This document shows, in pieces, positions 1 to 11,353 of a stretch of 64,000 nt of DNA. Position numbers and translations under genes: made by a program. Source of the DNA: Kofleriaceae bacterium. Lineage in GTDB: Bacteria > Myxococcota_A > Polyangia > Haliangiales > Haliangiaceae. The notes under the pieces are model-generated. The model saw only the letters and a list, made by a program, of their open reading frames with translations. It searched no databases and had not been told where the DNA came from. Positions within the stretch are counted from its first letter, which is position 1, and each line of letters begins with the position of its first letter. The stretch is taken from positions 32,001 to 96,000 of the forward strand of contig CBDCCZ010000044.1 in assembly GCA_965215005.1 (NCBI GenBank). Reading direction: 5' to 3'.

Positions 1-1
1 C

Positions 2-772
2 GGCGCGCGTGGGGAAGCTGCCCTCGCTCGTGGTGTCGGTTTCGAAGGCAATGGGAGCTTCCCAGTCGAACGTGATCCCGATACGGCCCAGTGGCGAATC
101 GGTGTAGCTTGCCGCGGGAAACCACTCAGCGCGTAGCGACAGGACCGGCGCCATCCCGAGCTCATAGCGGTTCAGACTGTCGAGAACGTCGTCTTCGTAT
201 TTGAACGTGCGAGTGAACACGCCGGCGCCGACCTGCAGTCGAACGGGCGCGCTGCCGGTTGCGCCAGTGGCGGGGTCTGTGGTTGCAGCGACCTCGGTGA
301 GCTCGCTGGGCTCGTCCACGGCGACGGGCTCGGCCTCGGTCGGTTCAGGCGTAGGCTCGGGGGTCGGCTCCGGAACGGGCTCGGGCTCGGCGGGACGCGC
401 TTTTTCGATGGCGCTGCCGAGGCGTCGCCACAAGGTCCGTTCGATCCCGCGTGCGAGAGTGGCTTCGTTGCGAGCGCGAAACTGATGCTCACCCAGCGAG
501 TCGCCGCTCTTGGTATCGATGATCGTGACGGTGGCCCGCCATCGACGACGCTTGTCAGTCACTACCGCCCGAACTTCAGCGGAGGCGTCGCTCTCTACCA
601 GCGTTACCTCACTCTGCTCACGAAGCGCTGCTTCGATGGCGGCGCGAACGCGTTTCTCTGGCCCTTTGATGCGACCGATGGCGACTGGAGTGGGTGAGGG
701 CTGCGCTAAAACTTCGCGCTGAGAAGACACGAGCACTGCACAGAACAGCGCGATTACTAGGAAGGGGCGCAT
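2..772 (-). CDS. Exported hypothetical protein with Pro/Glu/Thr linker, possibly with a beta-barrel C-terminus (runs off window start)
   Basis: Not in the ORF track because no stop falls in the window. Manual translation from ATG 772: MRPFLVIALFCAVLVSSQREVLAQ (signal-like) ... EPEPVPEPTPEPTPEPTE ... LQVGAGVFTRTFKY; AGGAG upstream. Confidence 0.7.
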   Translation of the reverse strand, partial: MRPFLVIALFCAVLVSSQREVLAQPSPTPVAIGRIKGPEKRVRAAIEAALREQSEVTLVESDASAEVRAVVTDKRRRWRATVTIIDTKSGDSLGEHQFRARNEATLARGIERTLWRRLGSAIEKARPAEPEPVPEPTPEPTPEPTEAEPVAVDEPSELTEVAATTDPATGATGSAPVRLQVGAGVFTRTFKYEDDVLDSLNRYELGMAPVLSLRAEWFPAASYTDSPLGRIGITFDWEAPIAFETDTTSEGSFPTRA

Positions 773-974
773 TTGCTGAGAGCTCCTGACGTGCTGGCGG
801 GCGGAATCGAAGCATACCCTCGACGCCGATGTTGAAGATAGCCGGCTTGCAACCGTCGTTCCGCGAAAGAGGCAATGCGATTGCCGTCGATCTCGCACCA
901 TCACTCTAGTGAAGAGGTGGTGTGGTGGCGAGTGCCCTCACCGGCGGGTGTGCTAGCGGTGAGGGAACTTAGAT

Positions 975-1976
975 CTAAGGATCGAGCTCTCCGCCGAGCG
1001 AAAACACCACGAGGTGCTCGAAGCGGGCACTGGCGCCAAAGGTTTGAAAGCCGACGAACCCAGCGGTTTGAATCGAGTCATCCTTGCCATCGACCACCAC
1101 TGGCATGGCAACGCCTTGCTTACGCACGCTGCAGATTTGCTGTTGCTCCGTTAGGTCTAAACTAAACTTATAGAAGTAGCGCTCATTGGGGGTGACTAAC
1201 CACGGCGCTCGTCCGGTATCGTTCTCGTTGAATCCCGCGCCGCTGAGCTCCGAGGCCGCGACGTAGGCGCTGGGTTGGCCGCCGAGCTGAGTGGAAGCCA
1301 CTTGCGCGCAGACGTATCCAACATCGTCGCCATTGGGCAACTCGCCGAACGCGGCCAGGATTCCAGCTCCTCGCTGCAGGGAGGGATCGCCGGGCGGGGT
1401 TGGTTCGGCTGCGATGGTGGCGTGCAGCGCCACGCGGTTGAAGCTCTGCGCGGCGCCCTTGTTCCAAGCGATGTGTCGAAATGCGCGCTGCACGTCATTC
1501 TGAACGAGAGCGCCGTCTGTAATTACCCAGTCGCCGCTGTAGACGGTCCACGCGGAGAGGTCGCCATTGAACCCTTCGAAAAAGGCGATGGAGTCGCCTT
1601 CGCCACTGGGACGGGGATCGCAGGCGTCGCCGACGCCATCGGGCTGCCCGCCCGCATTGATCTCTCCGACGTCGTTCTGCCCCGGATTGACGACGTGTGG
1701 GCAGTTGTCACAGACGTCGCCTACACCGTCGCTGTCTTCATCGTCTTGGCTGAAGTTCGCGGCATCTGGACAGTTGTCAGCGTCATCGGCGACGCCGTCG
1801 TCATCGCGATCGCGGTCGAGCGCATCTGCCATGCCGGCATCGGCCGCTGGTGGCGCAGCATCCTCTGCGACGCCGGCATCTGAGCCATCGAGCCCGCCGC
1901 CGTCAAAGCTACAGGCCGCTGTCGAGCCCGTTGAGATGACCAACAGGCAGAGTGGGAGCAGGGGTCGTCTCTTCAT
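975..1976 (-). CDS. Thrombospondin type-3 (Ca-binding) repeat lipoprotein
   Basis: MKRRPLL...TAAC lipoprotein-like signal; DxDxDGVxDxxDNCP repeats; beta-rich C-terminal domain. Confidence 0.8.
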   Translation of the reverse strand: MKRRPLLPLCLLVISTGSTAACSFDGGGLDGSDAGVAEDAAPPAADAGMADALDRDRDDDGVADDADNCPDAANFSQDDEDSDGVGDVCDNCPHVVNPGQNDVGEINAGGQPDGVGDACDPRPSGEGDSIAFFEGFNGDLSAWTVYSGDWVITDGALVQNDVQRAFRHIAWNKGAAQSFNRVALHATIAAEPTPPGDPSLQRGAGILAAFGELPNGDDVGYVCAQVASTQLGGQPSAYVAASELSGAGFNENDTGRAPWLVTPNERYFYKFSLDLTEQQQICSVRKQGVAMPVVVDGKDDSIQTAGFVGFQTFGASARFEHLVVFSLGGELDP

Positions 1977-2045
1977 AATCGAAGCCGTCAGACTAGCACG
2001 TAGCACCGCTTTTGCAGCTCCTCAGGCCGTGGTAGCACTCACACA

Positions 2046-2975
2046 ATGGCGATTTACGACAGCGTCGTCGACACCGTGGGGCGGACGCCGCTGATCCGAT
2101 TGCGCCGGGTCAGCGAAGAAACCGGCGCCGAGATCGTCGGCAAGATGGAGTCGCGGAACCCGTGTTCTTCGGTCAAAGACCGGATCGGCATCGCCATGAT
2201 TCGCGACGCCGAAGCGCGCGGCATCCTGCGCCCCGGAGCAACGATCGTCGAGCCGACCTCGGGTAACACCGGCATCGCACTCGCGTTCGCCGCGGCGGCG
2301 ATGGGGTATCGGCTCATCATCACGATGCCCGAGAACATGAGCCGTGAGCGCATCGCGCTCCTGCGGCTCTTGGGCGCCGAGGTCATCCTCACCAAGGGCG
2401 GCATGATGCGCGATGCGGTGCAAAAAGCGCAGGAAATCGCTCGCAAGACGGAAGGCGCCGTCATGCTCGATCAGTTCGGCAACGAAGCGAACCCGCGCAT
2501 GCACGAACAGACCACCGCCATGGAGATCTTGGCCGACGTCGAAGGTCGCATCGATGCATTCGTTGCGGGGGTCGGCACCGGCGGCACCATCACCGGTGTC
2601 GGCCGAGTGCTCAAGAAAGAGTTTCCTGCCACGCGCATCATCGCTGTCGAGCCTTCCGACTCAGCAGTGTTGCAAGGCAAGGCGCCGGGGCCGCACTTCA
2701 TCCAGGGCATCGGCGCCGGCTTCATTCCCGATAATCTCGACCGCGAGCTCCTCGATGAGGTCATCGCCATCTCCGAGCGCGCCGCGATCGAGTACGCGCG
2801 CCGATTGGCCCGCGAAGAAGGCATTCTCGCGGGGATATCGTCGGGAGCGGCGGTGGCGGCTGCGGTGCGCGTGGGCCGTCGCGCAGAGATGCAGGGCAAG
2901 CGCATTGTCTGCGTCCTATGCGACACCGGCGAGCGCTATATCTCCACAGCGCTCGCCGAGGACCTGATGAAGTAG
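2046..2975 (+). CDS. cysK: Cysteine synthase A
   Basis: SVKDRIG (PLP lysine), EPTSGNTG, GVGTGGT, IQGIGAG motifs; 309 aa. Confidence 0.95.
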   Translation: MAIYDSVVDTVGRTPLIRLRRVSEETGAEIVGKMESRNPCSSVKDRIGIAMIRDAEARGILRPGATIVEPTSGNTGIALAFAAAAMGYRLIITMPENMSRERIALLRLLGAEVILTKGGMMRDAVQKAQEIARKTEGAVMLDQFGNEANPRMHEQTTAMEILADVEGRIDAFVAGVGTGGTITGVGRVLKKEFPATRIIAVEPSDSAVLQGKAPGPHFIQGIGAGFIPDNLDRELLDEVIAISERAAIEYARRLAREEGILAGISSGAAVAAAVRVGRRAEMQGKRIVCVLCDTGERYISTALAEDLMK

Positions 2976-3011
2976 TGCGTGCCCAACCTCGCGAGCTGGG
3001 CACGCATCGCC

Positions 3012-4649
3012 TTACTTGCTAGGCAGTGGCCTACCGTCCGCATCCAGCATGATGAGCTTTGCTTTGCCGAGCTCACCGCTCGAGACGAGCTGCTCGAGCG
3101 CCTGCTTCAGGGTTAGCTGGGTGCCATCCTGCTCGAACGGAACGTCTTTGTCATCGACGCGCGCAATCACCGGAGCAGAGCCGTCACCGACGACGAGGAT
3201 GGCCGCTTCGCCTGGTTTGACGTAACGCTTTGCGGAGCGGTTGACCTGCGCGAGCGTGACCTTCGCAAGTCTGTCCTTAAAGCTATTGTAGTAGTCGAGG
3301 GGAAGCCCGAAGTAGACCAGCTCGCGGTACTTGCCGAGTGCTGCTCGCGAGGTGGCGAACTCGCCCGGCATGGCCAGCATCGTGCCGCTGCGGTCGCGCT
3401 TGAGCTCGGCTTCGTTGATTGGAGCTTCGCCACTGGCCATCGTGTTCATCTCGCGCAGCAGCTCCTTGATGGTCTGATAGGTAGCATCGCTGCGAACCTC
3501 TGTGCGTGCGACGAACGTGCCGTGATCGCGGCGGTAGCCGAGCCCGCCGCGCGCGCCGTACGTGTAGCCCTTGTTCTCGCGCAGGTTCATGTTGATGCGG
3601 CTCGAGAAGCTGTCGCCCAGCGCTTGTGACATGAGCACATTGGCGAAGTAGTCAGGAGACGTTCGCGGCGGCCCTGCATGCATCACGTACACTGCCGATT
3701 GTGCGGCGCCGGGAACGTCGACGAAAAACAGCTTGCCCGGCATCGCCCGCGCGGCGCCTAGCTTGGCGCGGCGTGGCGCTTTACCGGTCCACCCCTCGAT
3801 GTTGCCGAAGGCCTGGCGCACCGCTGCTTCGGTCATGTTGCCGACGATGAACAGCCGCGCTCCGCCGGGTTTGATCTCTTGGGAGTGATACTGCTTGCAG
3901 TCATCGACGGCCAGGAGCTTTAGCGAATCGTCGGTAATGACGCGGCCAAACGGATGTTTGGGCCCGAAGAGAACTACTTCGGAGACACGCGAGGCCAATG
4001 AGGCTGGCGAGGACTTTTCCTCCTTTAGCGCCTCCAGACTGCGCTTGATGAGGCGGTCGAACTCTTCTTGTCGAAAAGCGGGATTCTTGAGGGTATCGAT
4101 GAACAGCGCCAGCGTGGTGTCGAAGTGCTTGCTGAGCGTGTTCATGGTGACGCTCTTGGTCTCCGCGCCCGCTCCACTCGAAACACTGGAGGCGACATCG
4201 GCGAGAGCTTCTTTGTAGGCAATCTTATCGAGTGACTGCGTGCCTTCGGTGAGCATCTGCATGCACACGGCGGCCAAACCCTCCTTGCCCAGTGGATCCG
4301 AAGCGCTGCCGCGCTCGAACGAGAGGGAGGCAGACACCACCGGTAGATCGGACTGCTCGACGAGATAGACTTCAATGCCGTTCTTCAAGCGGAACTGCTT
4401 GACCGGCGGCAGCGAAAACTCCTTGGGCTCACCGCTCTCGGGTTGCTTGGCGCGGAAGTCCTCTTCGGGGAAGGCCAACTCTTGCGGCTGGGGCCCGGGC
4501 CGGGGGGCTGGCTCCGTTTCGCCGCTCTGGCCGCTGTTCGAGCTCTGGGAGTCGGGTGGCATGACGGGCTCGTATTTCTTGTTGGTCGAGGGGCCACACC
4601 CCGCCCCGAGGGCGACGGCGAGACTACTCAGCATGGCGATGCGATTCAC
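3012..4649 (-). CDS. M16 peptidase non-catalytic subunit, lipoprotein
   Basis: Lipobox LGAGC; M16-type sequence lacking HxxEH; LRENKGYTY R/Y motif; overlaps the stop of its partner gene. Confidence 0.85.
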   Translation of the reverse strand: MNRIAMLSSLAVALGAGCGPSTNKKYEPVMPPDSQSSNSGQSGETEPAPRPGPQPQELAFPEEDFRAKQPESGEPKEFSLPPVKQFRLKNGIEVYLVEQSDLPVVSASLSFERGSASDPLGKEGLAAVCMQMLTEGTQSLDKIAYKEALADVASSVSSGAGAETKSVTMNTLSKHFDTTLALFIDTLKNPAFRQEEFDRLIKRSLEALKEEKSSPASLASRVSEVVLFGPKHPFGRVITDDSLKLLAVDDCKQYHSQEIKPGGARLFIVGNMTEAAVRQAFGNIEGWTGKAPRRAKLGAARAMPGKLFFVDVPGAAQSAVYVMHAGPPRTSPDYFANVLMSQALGDSFSSRINMNLRENKGYTYGARGGLGYRRDHGTFVARTEVRSDATYQTIKELLREMNTMASGEAPINEAELKRDRSGTMLAMPGEFATSRAALGKYRELVYFGLPLDYYNSFKDRLAKVTLAQVNRSAKRYVKPGEAAILVVGDGSAPVIARVDDKDVPFEQDGTQLTLKQALEQLVSSGELGKAKLIMLDADGRPLPSK

Positions 4650-6022
4650 GACTTGTTTCCTTTGCTCGGTACCGTGATGACGTCGACGCGATGCTCGGGC
4701 GAGAGAAACTCTCGGGCGTACTTCTGTATGCCCTCAGGAGTCGCCTGACGGTAGCGGTCGAGGTCTGTCTTGATTTGATCTGGTGAGCCCAAATAGTGGT
4801 TATAGCCCTGCAGAGTTTCAGCGCGTCGGAGCAGGCTCTCCAGACCCCACACGAAAGCAGCTTCTCGCTCGGCCACGGCGCGGGCGAGCTCGCGCTGAGA
4901 AATTGGCTCGCGCCGCAGCTTCTCGAGCTCTTCGGCGATGATGGCTTCTACACGCTCGAGCGACTGCCCCGGCTTCACTTGCACTGACACGTCGAAGATC
5001 GAAGAGAACTGCCGCGAGAGCTGCGCAACGGAAACGTCTTGCGCAAGCTGCTCTTCATGCACCAAGCGCTTGAATAATCGGCCGGTGCCCGAGGCGCCGA
5101 GGACATGGGCGAGAATGTCCATCTCGGCGTCTCCAGGCGCGTAGATGGCGGGTGCGTGCCAGGCGTAGCTAACCATTGGCATCGCCGCCAGCGCATCCTT
5201 TACCTCGCTGCGAACCTTCGCGACCGTGGGCATCGGCACCGGAACAGGCGTTGGCTGAGTGCTCTTCGGAAAACTGCCAAACCACTTCTGTACCAAGGCT
5301 TTGGTGGCGGCGAGCTCGATGTCGCCGCCGATGAAGAGGGTAGCGTTGGCGGGCACGTACCAAGTCTTGTAGAACGCTGTGACGTCCTCAACACTAGCGC
5401 TTTGCAGGTCTTCGTGTTTGCCGATGGTCGTGTAGCGATACGGGTGACCCTCCGGATAGAGCAAGCGGTGCATCTCGAGATAGGAGGAGCCGTAAGGCAC
5501 ATTCTCGATTCTTTGTCGGCGCTCGTTTCGAACCACCTCGATTTGGTTGTCCAGACTCTGGCGGTTGATCATTGGCAGGAGGTACCCCATGCGGTCACTC
5601 TCGAGCCAAAGCGCGGTTTCGAGCTCGTGCGCGGGAACGAGCTCGTAGTAGTTGGTGCGGTCCGAATTCGTCGTTCCGTTCATGCCTGTCGCACCGAGCT
5701 GCTTGAGAATCGCGAAGTGTTGATCTTCGCCGGTATGTTTGCTTCCTTGAAAGAGCATGTGCTCGAACAGGTGGGCAAAGCCGCTCTTGCCGACGCGCTC
5801 GTTGCCAGAGCCGACGTGATACCAGACATCCACGACCGCCACCGGCACCCTGTCATCTCGATGAAGGATGACCTCGAGGCCGTTGTCCAAGCGATAGCGC
5901 TCGAACGCGATCTCTGGATCGCTACTTGTTTCGCCGGCCGCAGCGGCAGGGCCCGGTGCGGCTGCTAAGAGCAAAGCCGCCATGAGCCCGCCTGCGACGG
6001 CAGAGCATCGTTGCGTAGTCAT
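4646..6022 (-). CDS. M16 (insulinase family) zinc peptidase, catalytic subunit
   Basis: HLFEH inverted zinc motif, NGTTNSDRTNY, signal peptide; start taken at ATG 6022. Confidence 0.9.
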   Translation of the reverse strand: MTTQRCSAVAGGLMAALLLAAAPGPAAAAGETSSDPEIAFERYRLDNGLEVILHRDDRVPVAVVDVWYHVGSGNERVGKSGFAHLFEHMLFQGSKHTGEDQHFAILKQLGATGMNGTTNSDRTNYYELVPAHELETALWLESDRMGYLLPMINRQSLDNQIEVVRNERRQRIENVPYGSSYLEMHRLLYPEGHPYRYTTIGKHEDLQSASVEDVTAFYKTWYVPANATLFIGGDIELAATKALVQKWFGSFPKSTQPTPVPVPMPTVAKVRSEVKDALAAMPMVSYAWHAPAIYAPGDAEMDILAHVLGASGTGRLFKRLVHEEQLAQDVSVAQLSRQFSSIFDVSVQVKPGQSLERVEAIIAEELEKLRREPISQRELARAVAEREAAFVWGLESLLRRAETLQGYNHYLGSPDQIKTDLDRYRQATPEGIQKYAREFLSPEHRVDVITVPSKGNKS

Positions 6023-6090
6023 GCGGCGAAACGTAAGCTGCGCGGCCGCCCGGAGCAAGCAGCGGCGCGTTAGTGCCGGTCATCGCTGGC

Positions 6091-8127
6091 TCAGGCATCC
6101 AGCGGGTGGACACCGAACAGCGCTTGATCGGCGGTTGCGCCGGGATCGAGCCAGAGAAGCAGCCTGCGAGTTTCTTGCGGCGCGACGTCGACGTGGAGCA
6201 TGCGGCGCACGTTGTAGCCCGCGCAGGCGCGGCCGAGATCGTTCTCGAAGGTAGGCCAGACCGTCGCCAAAGGCGTTGCCTGGACCATGAGTCCCTCGAC
6301 GTCGATGGTGACGCCCATGACGAACTTGGCGAATGCGGCGTTCGCCGCGATGATTAACCCGCCTCCGCTCAGCAGCGCCTGCGGGATGCGGCTGGCATCG
6401 AACACCGAACGCACCAGCTCGTCGCGCTTGCGCTGGGGACGGTCGAGCACGACCTTGCGGCCACTTCCGCGTTTGCCGCGGCGGCCAAATCCGAGCATGT
6501 CCATGACGGTGCGCAGCTCGTAGATGAACGCCGTCATGTCTTTGTGACGATGCCGCGGGTCCTTCTCGAGAGCGCGCAAGATGAGCTTTTCGAGGGCAGG
6601 GTCGAGTCCGCCCTCAATCAGCTGCGATGGCGGCGTTGGCGTCAACTCGAGGTGCCCGCAGAGAATCTGCGCAACGTTGCCGTCCCACGGCACCATGCCG
6701 GTGACCATCTCGAAAAACAGGATTCCAAGGCCGTAAATGTCGGCCGAGGGCGCGGGCTGCTCCCCGCGAATTCGTTCGGGTGCTACATAGTGGGGAGTTC
6801 CCGACAACGATGACGTGTTGCGGGCCGCAGCGGTGGAACGCGCTAGGCCAAAGTCGAGCAGCTTGACTTGTAGCTTGCGTCGTTTGGTTCCCGGCAACTC
6901 GCACAAGAGGATGTTGTCGGTCTTGATGTCGCAGTGGACGATTTTATTGGTGTGGATGTAGTGCAGCGCTTCGGCCACCTGCAACACGATGTCGCAGGCG
7001 ATCTTGATGCCCAGGCGCTTCTCGCGGCGCAGCATGCGGTGCAGCGACTCGCCGGTGAGGAGCTCCATCACCATGAACGCGCCTACTTGCTGATCTTCAC
7101 CAAAGTCGACCACTGACGCGATATTGGGATGCGATAGCGAGCTGGCGAGCCGCGCCTCCCGATAGAAGAGCTCGCGCGCCTTGCCATCGCCGGCGAGGCT
7201 ATCGCTGATGACTTTGAGCGCGAACGTCTTGCCGAGCTGGGCGTGGGTCACTTTGAACACCTTGCCCATGCCGCCCTGGCCGATGCGTTCGACGATGCGG
7301 TAGCGGTTGCCGACCAGCGGCGCCTTCAGCGGCGCGAGCGGATCCTTGACCACCGCCGTGTTCCCTCCACCGCTCGGAAACTGCTGCGCAGCGCGGCCGT
7401 TCTTCGAGCCGCGCGTGGTAATGCGATTGGACCGGGCGAGATCGCTTGGCCGCTGCTGGTCGTCGAGGGTTTGGTCGACTACTTCTTCCGATGGTGGTGG
7501 CAACGGCAGGAGATGGCTGCGCGATAGGTCGCCGACGCTGGTTTGCGCCTCGTCCTCATCGCTGCCGTCATCCATGTCGAGCTCATCGACGCTGAGATCT
7601 TCGGCGTCGAGTGAGTCGAGCATCGAATCTTCGCCCCACTCCTGCGCTGCGCCCACCGCGCCGACCGCGCCACCGGCATCGGTGCGTTCATCGTCTTCGG
7701 GGACATGCGGATCGAAGCGAGCATCGAGCTCCATCGAGCTCAGCGGCGGCGTATTAGTGGTCGGTTGCGGATCTACGAAGGTGCGCTCGCCGCCATCATC
7801 GCCCGCTTCGTCATCGGCCTCTCTGCCGCTAGCCGCGACCCGGCGGCGTCGATGATCGAAGTCGGCGAGAGCCTCGAGATCGGCCTCCGAGTCGTGAACT
7901 CCGAGACCGGGAACCGCCGGGATGGGTGGCGTCCCCTCGTCGAAATCATCTTCCAGGCGCTCGAAACGGGTGGTCTTTGCGCTGCCCTTGCCGAGCACTG
8001 GCAACTCTGGATTGGAAGAGCTGGTCGGCGGCGTGCTCATGCGGATGCGCGTGACGCCATCGTCTTCGGGCGGTGGCAGCGGCAAGTGCCCCCACTTGCG
8101 CCCACCCCTGTTGCGTTGGTCCGCCAC
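6091..8127 (-). CDS. Ser/Thr protein kinase with long acidic N-terminus and PAS-like C-terminal domain
   Basis: [30 protein letters not shown]-terminal VFDASRIP...IIAANAAF is PAS-like. Confidence 0.9.
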   Translation of the reverse strand: MADQRNRGGRKWGHLPLPPPEDDGVTRIRMSTPPTSSSNPELPVLGKGSAKTTRFERLEDDFDEGTPPIPAVPGLGVHDSEADLEALADFDHRRRRVAASGREADDEAGDDGGERTFVDPQPTTNTPPLSSMELDARFDPHVPEDDERTDAGGAVGAVGAAQEWGEDSMLDSLDAEDLSVDELDMDDGSDEDEAQTSVGDLSRSHLLPLPPPSEEVVDQTLDDQQRPSDLARSNRITTRGSKNGRAAQQFPSGGGNTAVVKDPLAPLKAPLVGNRYRIVERIGQGGMGKVFKVTHAQLGKTFALKVISDSLAGDGKARELFYREARLASSLSHPNIASVVDFGEDQQVGAFMVMELLTGESLHRMLRREKRLGIKIACDIVLQVAEALHYIHTNKIVHCDIKTDNILLCELPGTKRRKLQVKLLDFGLARSTAAARNTSSLSGTPHYVAPERIRGEQPAPSADIYGLGILFFEMVTGMVPWDGNVAQILCGHLELTPTPPSQLIEGGLDPALEKLILRALEKDPRHRHKDMTAFIYELRTVMDMLGFGRRGKRGSGRKVVLDRPQRKRDELVRSVFDASRIPQALLSGGGLIIAANAAFAKFVMGVTIDVEGLMVQATPLATVWPTFENDLGRACAGYNVRRMLHVDVAPQETRRLLLWLDPGATADQALFGVHPLDA

Positions 8128-8403
8128 CGGTGAGCTATTCTATCGGCCAGGTTCCTGCTCCTGCAATCACGTTACGGCTCTCGCGTCATGCAAGTGCTCC
8201 ACGCTTCCGTCTCAACCCGGCAATCGACTGGATATTAGGATGAAATCGGTGGAGACATCGCAGTGGAGGGGGCAGGGGAGCTGCGCATACGCCACCTACG
8301 CGCTGCTCTGGGGCCATACATGTCGGCTGGGAAGAACACGGTGCAGCGATGCAGTGTTTCTCACCTGTTCTCAGCGGCCGCGCCGGCTTTTGGCTACGGC
8401 TCC

Positions 8404-10572
8404 ATGAGCATGGACGACATCTTCGATCTCGCCAATTATCAACTGCATTGGGTAAGTGTGCCCTTTGCGATTGCCGCGGCGATCTTCTTGCTTGCGTGTC
8501 TGCACGTCTTGGTGATGCGAGGCGCGGCAGTGCTGCGCGCCGCTTGGCTGCTCGTCGCCATCGGCTTCTTGCCGTATCTGCTCGGCGGTGCAGCGGTCGC
8601 CTCGGCAGAGAACGCAACCGTTGCTCTGCAGCTGTTGCGCTTCGCCGTCGCTGGTGTACCGATCGCAAGTGCCGGCGTGCTGATTTTCTTTCTCGCCCTC
8701 GCCGAGCGACTCGAGCAGCAGTGGCTCCTCATTGCCGTCGCCCTGGCAACTTCGTTGGTCATCGCCGTGCTCACTGTTGCCACGCCGTTGATCGTGCCCG
8801 CGATTCGCGAGCTGCCCTCCGGAATTCCGTGGATTCGCGCCCAAGCCTCCTCATTCCTCCACTCGCTGGTGATGGTCACGTGGTTGTGCTGGGGATTGTG
8901 GATTGGATGGCGCCAGCTTCACAGGGAACGCTCCGCCTTGCGACGAAGGCAAGTGCGCGGCGGGCTGGTGGCATTCGGCATCATCGCGCTAGGTGGAGTC
9001 GATATCCCGCTCGGCTTCGGAGTCGGCTACTTCCCGGTCTCGGGTCTCTTGACCACCGCAGGCCTGCTGCTAGCGTTGCGCGCACTGTTCGTCGAAGACC
9101 TGATGCGTGCCAGCGCCGTCGATCGACGGGTTCCGCTGGCTGGCAGCTATCTGGTGATCGCGGGGCTTACGCTGCACGCCATCGCTAGCGTCGTCGGCGT
9201 CGGTCCGAGCGAGTTGTTGCTGGCTGCTGCAATGCTCGGAGCGTTCGTGATCTTGCGCGTACTGAGTCTTGCCTTCGCGGCGATCAGCGGGCGCCGACGC
9301 GACGGCGCGCAAACCGCCCTCGAGCGGGTTGCGGAGCAGTATGGCGCGCGGGTGCAAGAGCTTACGAAGGTGGAGGAGATCGCTAGCGCTACGGAAGAGG
9401 CAGTGAGAGTTGGAATCGGTGCCGAGGTCGTGGAGCTGGTCGTCCCACGCGTGAGCGACTACGCATGGACCCGCAGCAGCGGCGAGCTGCTTTCCGAAGA
9501 GCAGACGCCGGATCCGCTGCTGCTCGGATGGTTTCTCGAGCACCGCCGACCGATGCGACGCGATGACCTCACGGGGGCGCGTTTGGCCGACCTGCGCGAG
9601 CCACTCGAGCGGTTGTTCGAGGTGCACGCGGCCGAGGTGCTCACGCCGCTGATCAGTCGCGACGAGCTCGTCGGGTTGATCGTCGTGGGAGCTGCGCGTG
9701 ATGGGCGCGCGTACCCGGGCGGCGCGCTCGAGTTTCTCAGCCGACTCCACGAGGCGGCGACGGCGGCGTTGGTTTACGCGCGCATGCTGGACGAGGCGCT
9801 GCGGCGCGTTGAGGTCGACAAAGAGGTCGAGCTTGCGGCAGCCGTACAGGCGGCGTTCATTCCTGCTGGCGATGATCTCAGCGTCGGGCCATTGCACGTG
9901 AGCGGGCTGTACGCTCCGGCTACCCAGTGCGGTGGCGATTGGTGGTCGGTGCACCACGTGCCCGATGGACGCGTGTTGGTGCTGGTGGGCGACGTCACCG
10001 GGCATGGCGTCGCAGCGGCGATGATCACTGCTGCTGCCAAGGGCTGCTACGACGTCGCGGAGCGGCTCATGGGTTGCGACATCGATGTGGTTGAGCTGCT
10101 CATGTTGCTCGACGCGGCGGTGCGTCGGGTCGGCGCCAATCACTTCAACATGACCTGCTTTGCAACCCTCATCGACGCGGCGCAGGGGCAAGTCACCTAC
10201 GCCAACGCGGGTCACGTCGTGCCCTACGTGTGCCGCACCAGCGCCAGCGGCCGCACCCGGCTTGAGGTGCTGCAAGCGCGCGGCAATCCTCTAGGCGCCG
10301 CCGCTAGCGCCAGCAGCTACCGTGCCGAAAGCCGCGCCATTCGCCCAGGAGACATCATCATTTGGTACACCGATGGGATCGTGGAGTGCTCGAATGGCCA
10401 GCGCGAGCAGTTCGGCGACCGGCGCATGCAGCGTCTCTTGCGCGAGATGGATCTGCGCAGCGCGCGGCCGCGGCAGGTGCGCGATCATCTGCTGCGCTCG
10501 GTGTTGGCGTTTCAAGACGGCGTTCCGGTCGATGATGACATCACACTGGTCGTTGGCCGTCTTGCCCAATGA
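8404..10572 (+). CDS. Multi-TM sensor with GAF-like and PP2C/SpoIIE phosphatase domains
   Basis: Many N-terminal hydrophobic helices; GGDWW, GDVTGHG, NAGH, YTDG, DDIT motifs; start 8404 or 8410. Confidence 0.88.
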   Translation: MSMDDIFDLANYQLHWVSVPFAIAAAIFLLACLHVLVMRGAAVLRAAWLLVAIGFLPYLLGGAAVASAENATVALQLLRFAVAGVPIASAGVLIFFLALAERLEQQWLLIAVALATSLVIAVLTVATPLIVPAIRELPSGIPWIRAQASSFLHSLVMVTWLCWGLWIGWRQLHRERSALRRRQVRGGLVAFGIIALGGVDIPLGFGVGYFPVSGLLTTAGLLLALRALFVEDLMRASAVDRRVPLAGSYLVIAGLTLHAIASVVGVGPSELLLAAAMLGAFVILRVLSLAFAAISGRRRDGAQTALERVAEQYGARVQELTKVEEIASATEEAVRVGIGAEVVELVVPRVSDYAWTRSSGELLSEEQTPDPLLLGWFLEHRRPMRRDDLTGARLADLREPLERLFEVHAAEVLTPLISRDELVGLIVVGAARDGRAYPGGALEFLSRLHEAATAALVYARMLDEALRRVEVDKEVELAAAVQAAFIPAGDDLSVGPLHVSGLYAPATQCGGDWWSVHHVPDGRVLVLVGDVTGHGVAAAMITAAAKGCYDVAERLMGCDIDVVELLMLLDAAVRRVGANHFNMTCFATLIDAAQGQVTYANAGHVVPYVCRTSASGRTRLEVLQARGNPLGAAASASSYRAESRAIRPGDIIIWYTDGIVECSNGQREQFGDRRMQRLLREMDLRSARPRQVRDHLLRSVLAFQDGVPVDDDITLVVGRLAQ

Positions 10573-10599
10573 GTCGCCGTCCCTAACAATGAGAAGCCG

Positions 10600-11340
10600 G
10601 TGAATCTCCGAGTCCTGACCTACAACATCCACAAGTGCATTGGCGGCGTCGACCGCCGCTATATCCCCGAGCGTGTGCGGGACACCATCGCCCACTACGA
10701 GCCCGACGTCGTGCTGCTGCAAGAAGTTGACGCGCACGTGTCGCGCTCCAATCACGATCGCCAGGTCGATGTGCTCGGCGACATGCTCGGGTTTCGTCAC
10801 CGCACCTGGTTTCCCAACGTCAAAGTGCGAGGAGGCGGCGAGTACGGCAACGCCATCCTCAGCAGGTTTCCGCTCACGCACACCCACAACATCGATCTGA
10901 CCATCCCGCCCAAGAAGCGCCGCAGCGTGCTCCACGCTCGATATCGGGTGCGGTTGCCGAGCGACAACGGGCGACGAACCCGCACCGTGCACGTCTACAA
11001 CATGCACCTGGGGCTGGCTGGCTTTGAGCGCAAGATTCAGCTGCGCAAATTCCTCGAGAGCTCGCCGTTCATCGGTCTCGATCGCCGGACTCCAATCATT
11101 GTCGCTGGCGATCTCAACGATGTTTGGGGAACGCTGGGGCCCAAGCTGCTGCGGCCTGCAGGCTTTCGGGGCGTGTCGCGGCCGCTGCGAACCTTCCCCG
11201 CGTATGCGCCCGTGCGAGCCCTAGACGGCATTTACGTCAAGGGCGAGGTGGTGCTGCGCCACGTGCAGCGTGCGCGGGTGGCCGTGGCCAAGCAGGCCTC
11301 CGACCACCTTCCACTCATCGCCGACCTCGAGCTGACCTAG
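10600..11340 (+). CDS. Endonuclease/exonuclease/phosphatase family protein
   Basis: TYNIH, LQEV, GNAILSR, GDLN, SDHLP motifs. Confidence 0.92.
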   Translation: MNLRVLTYNIHKCIGGVDRRYIPERVRDTIAHYEPDVVLLQEVDAHVSRSNHDRQVDVLGDMLGFRHRTWFPNVKVRGGGEYGNAILSRFPLTHTHNIDLTIPPKKRRSVLHARYRVRLPSDNGRRTRTVHVYNMHLGLAGFERKIQLRKFLESSPFIGLDRRTPIIVAGDLNDVWGTLGPKLLRPAGFRGVSRPLRTFPAYAPVRALDGIYVKGEVVLRHVQRARVAVAKQASDHLPLIADLELT

Positions 11341-11353
11341 CTCCTAGCGGCTC

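Noticed and set aside
330..392. GGCTCG-type tandem repeats
   Set aside because: They encode the EPEPVPEPTPEPT linker of the first gene.
3012..6022. M16 catalytic/non-catalytic gene pair as a novel system
   Set aside because: A heterodimeric HxxEH plus R/Y arrangement is well established.
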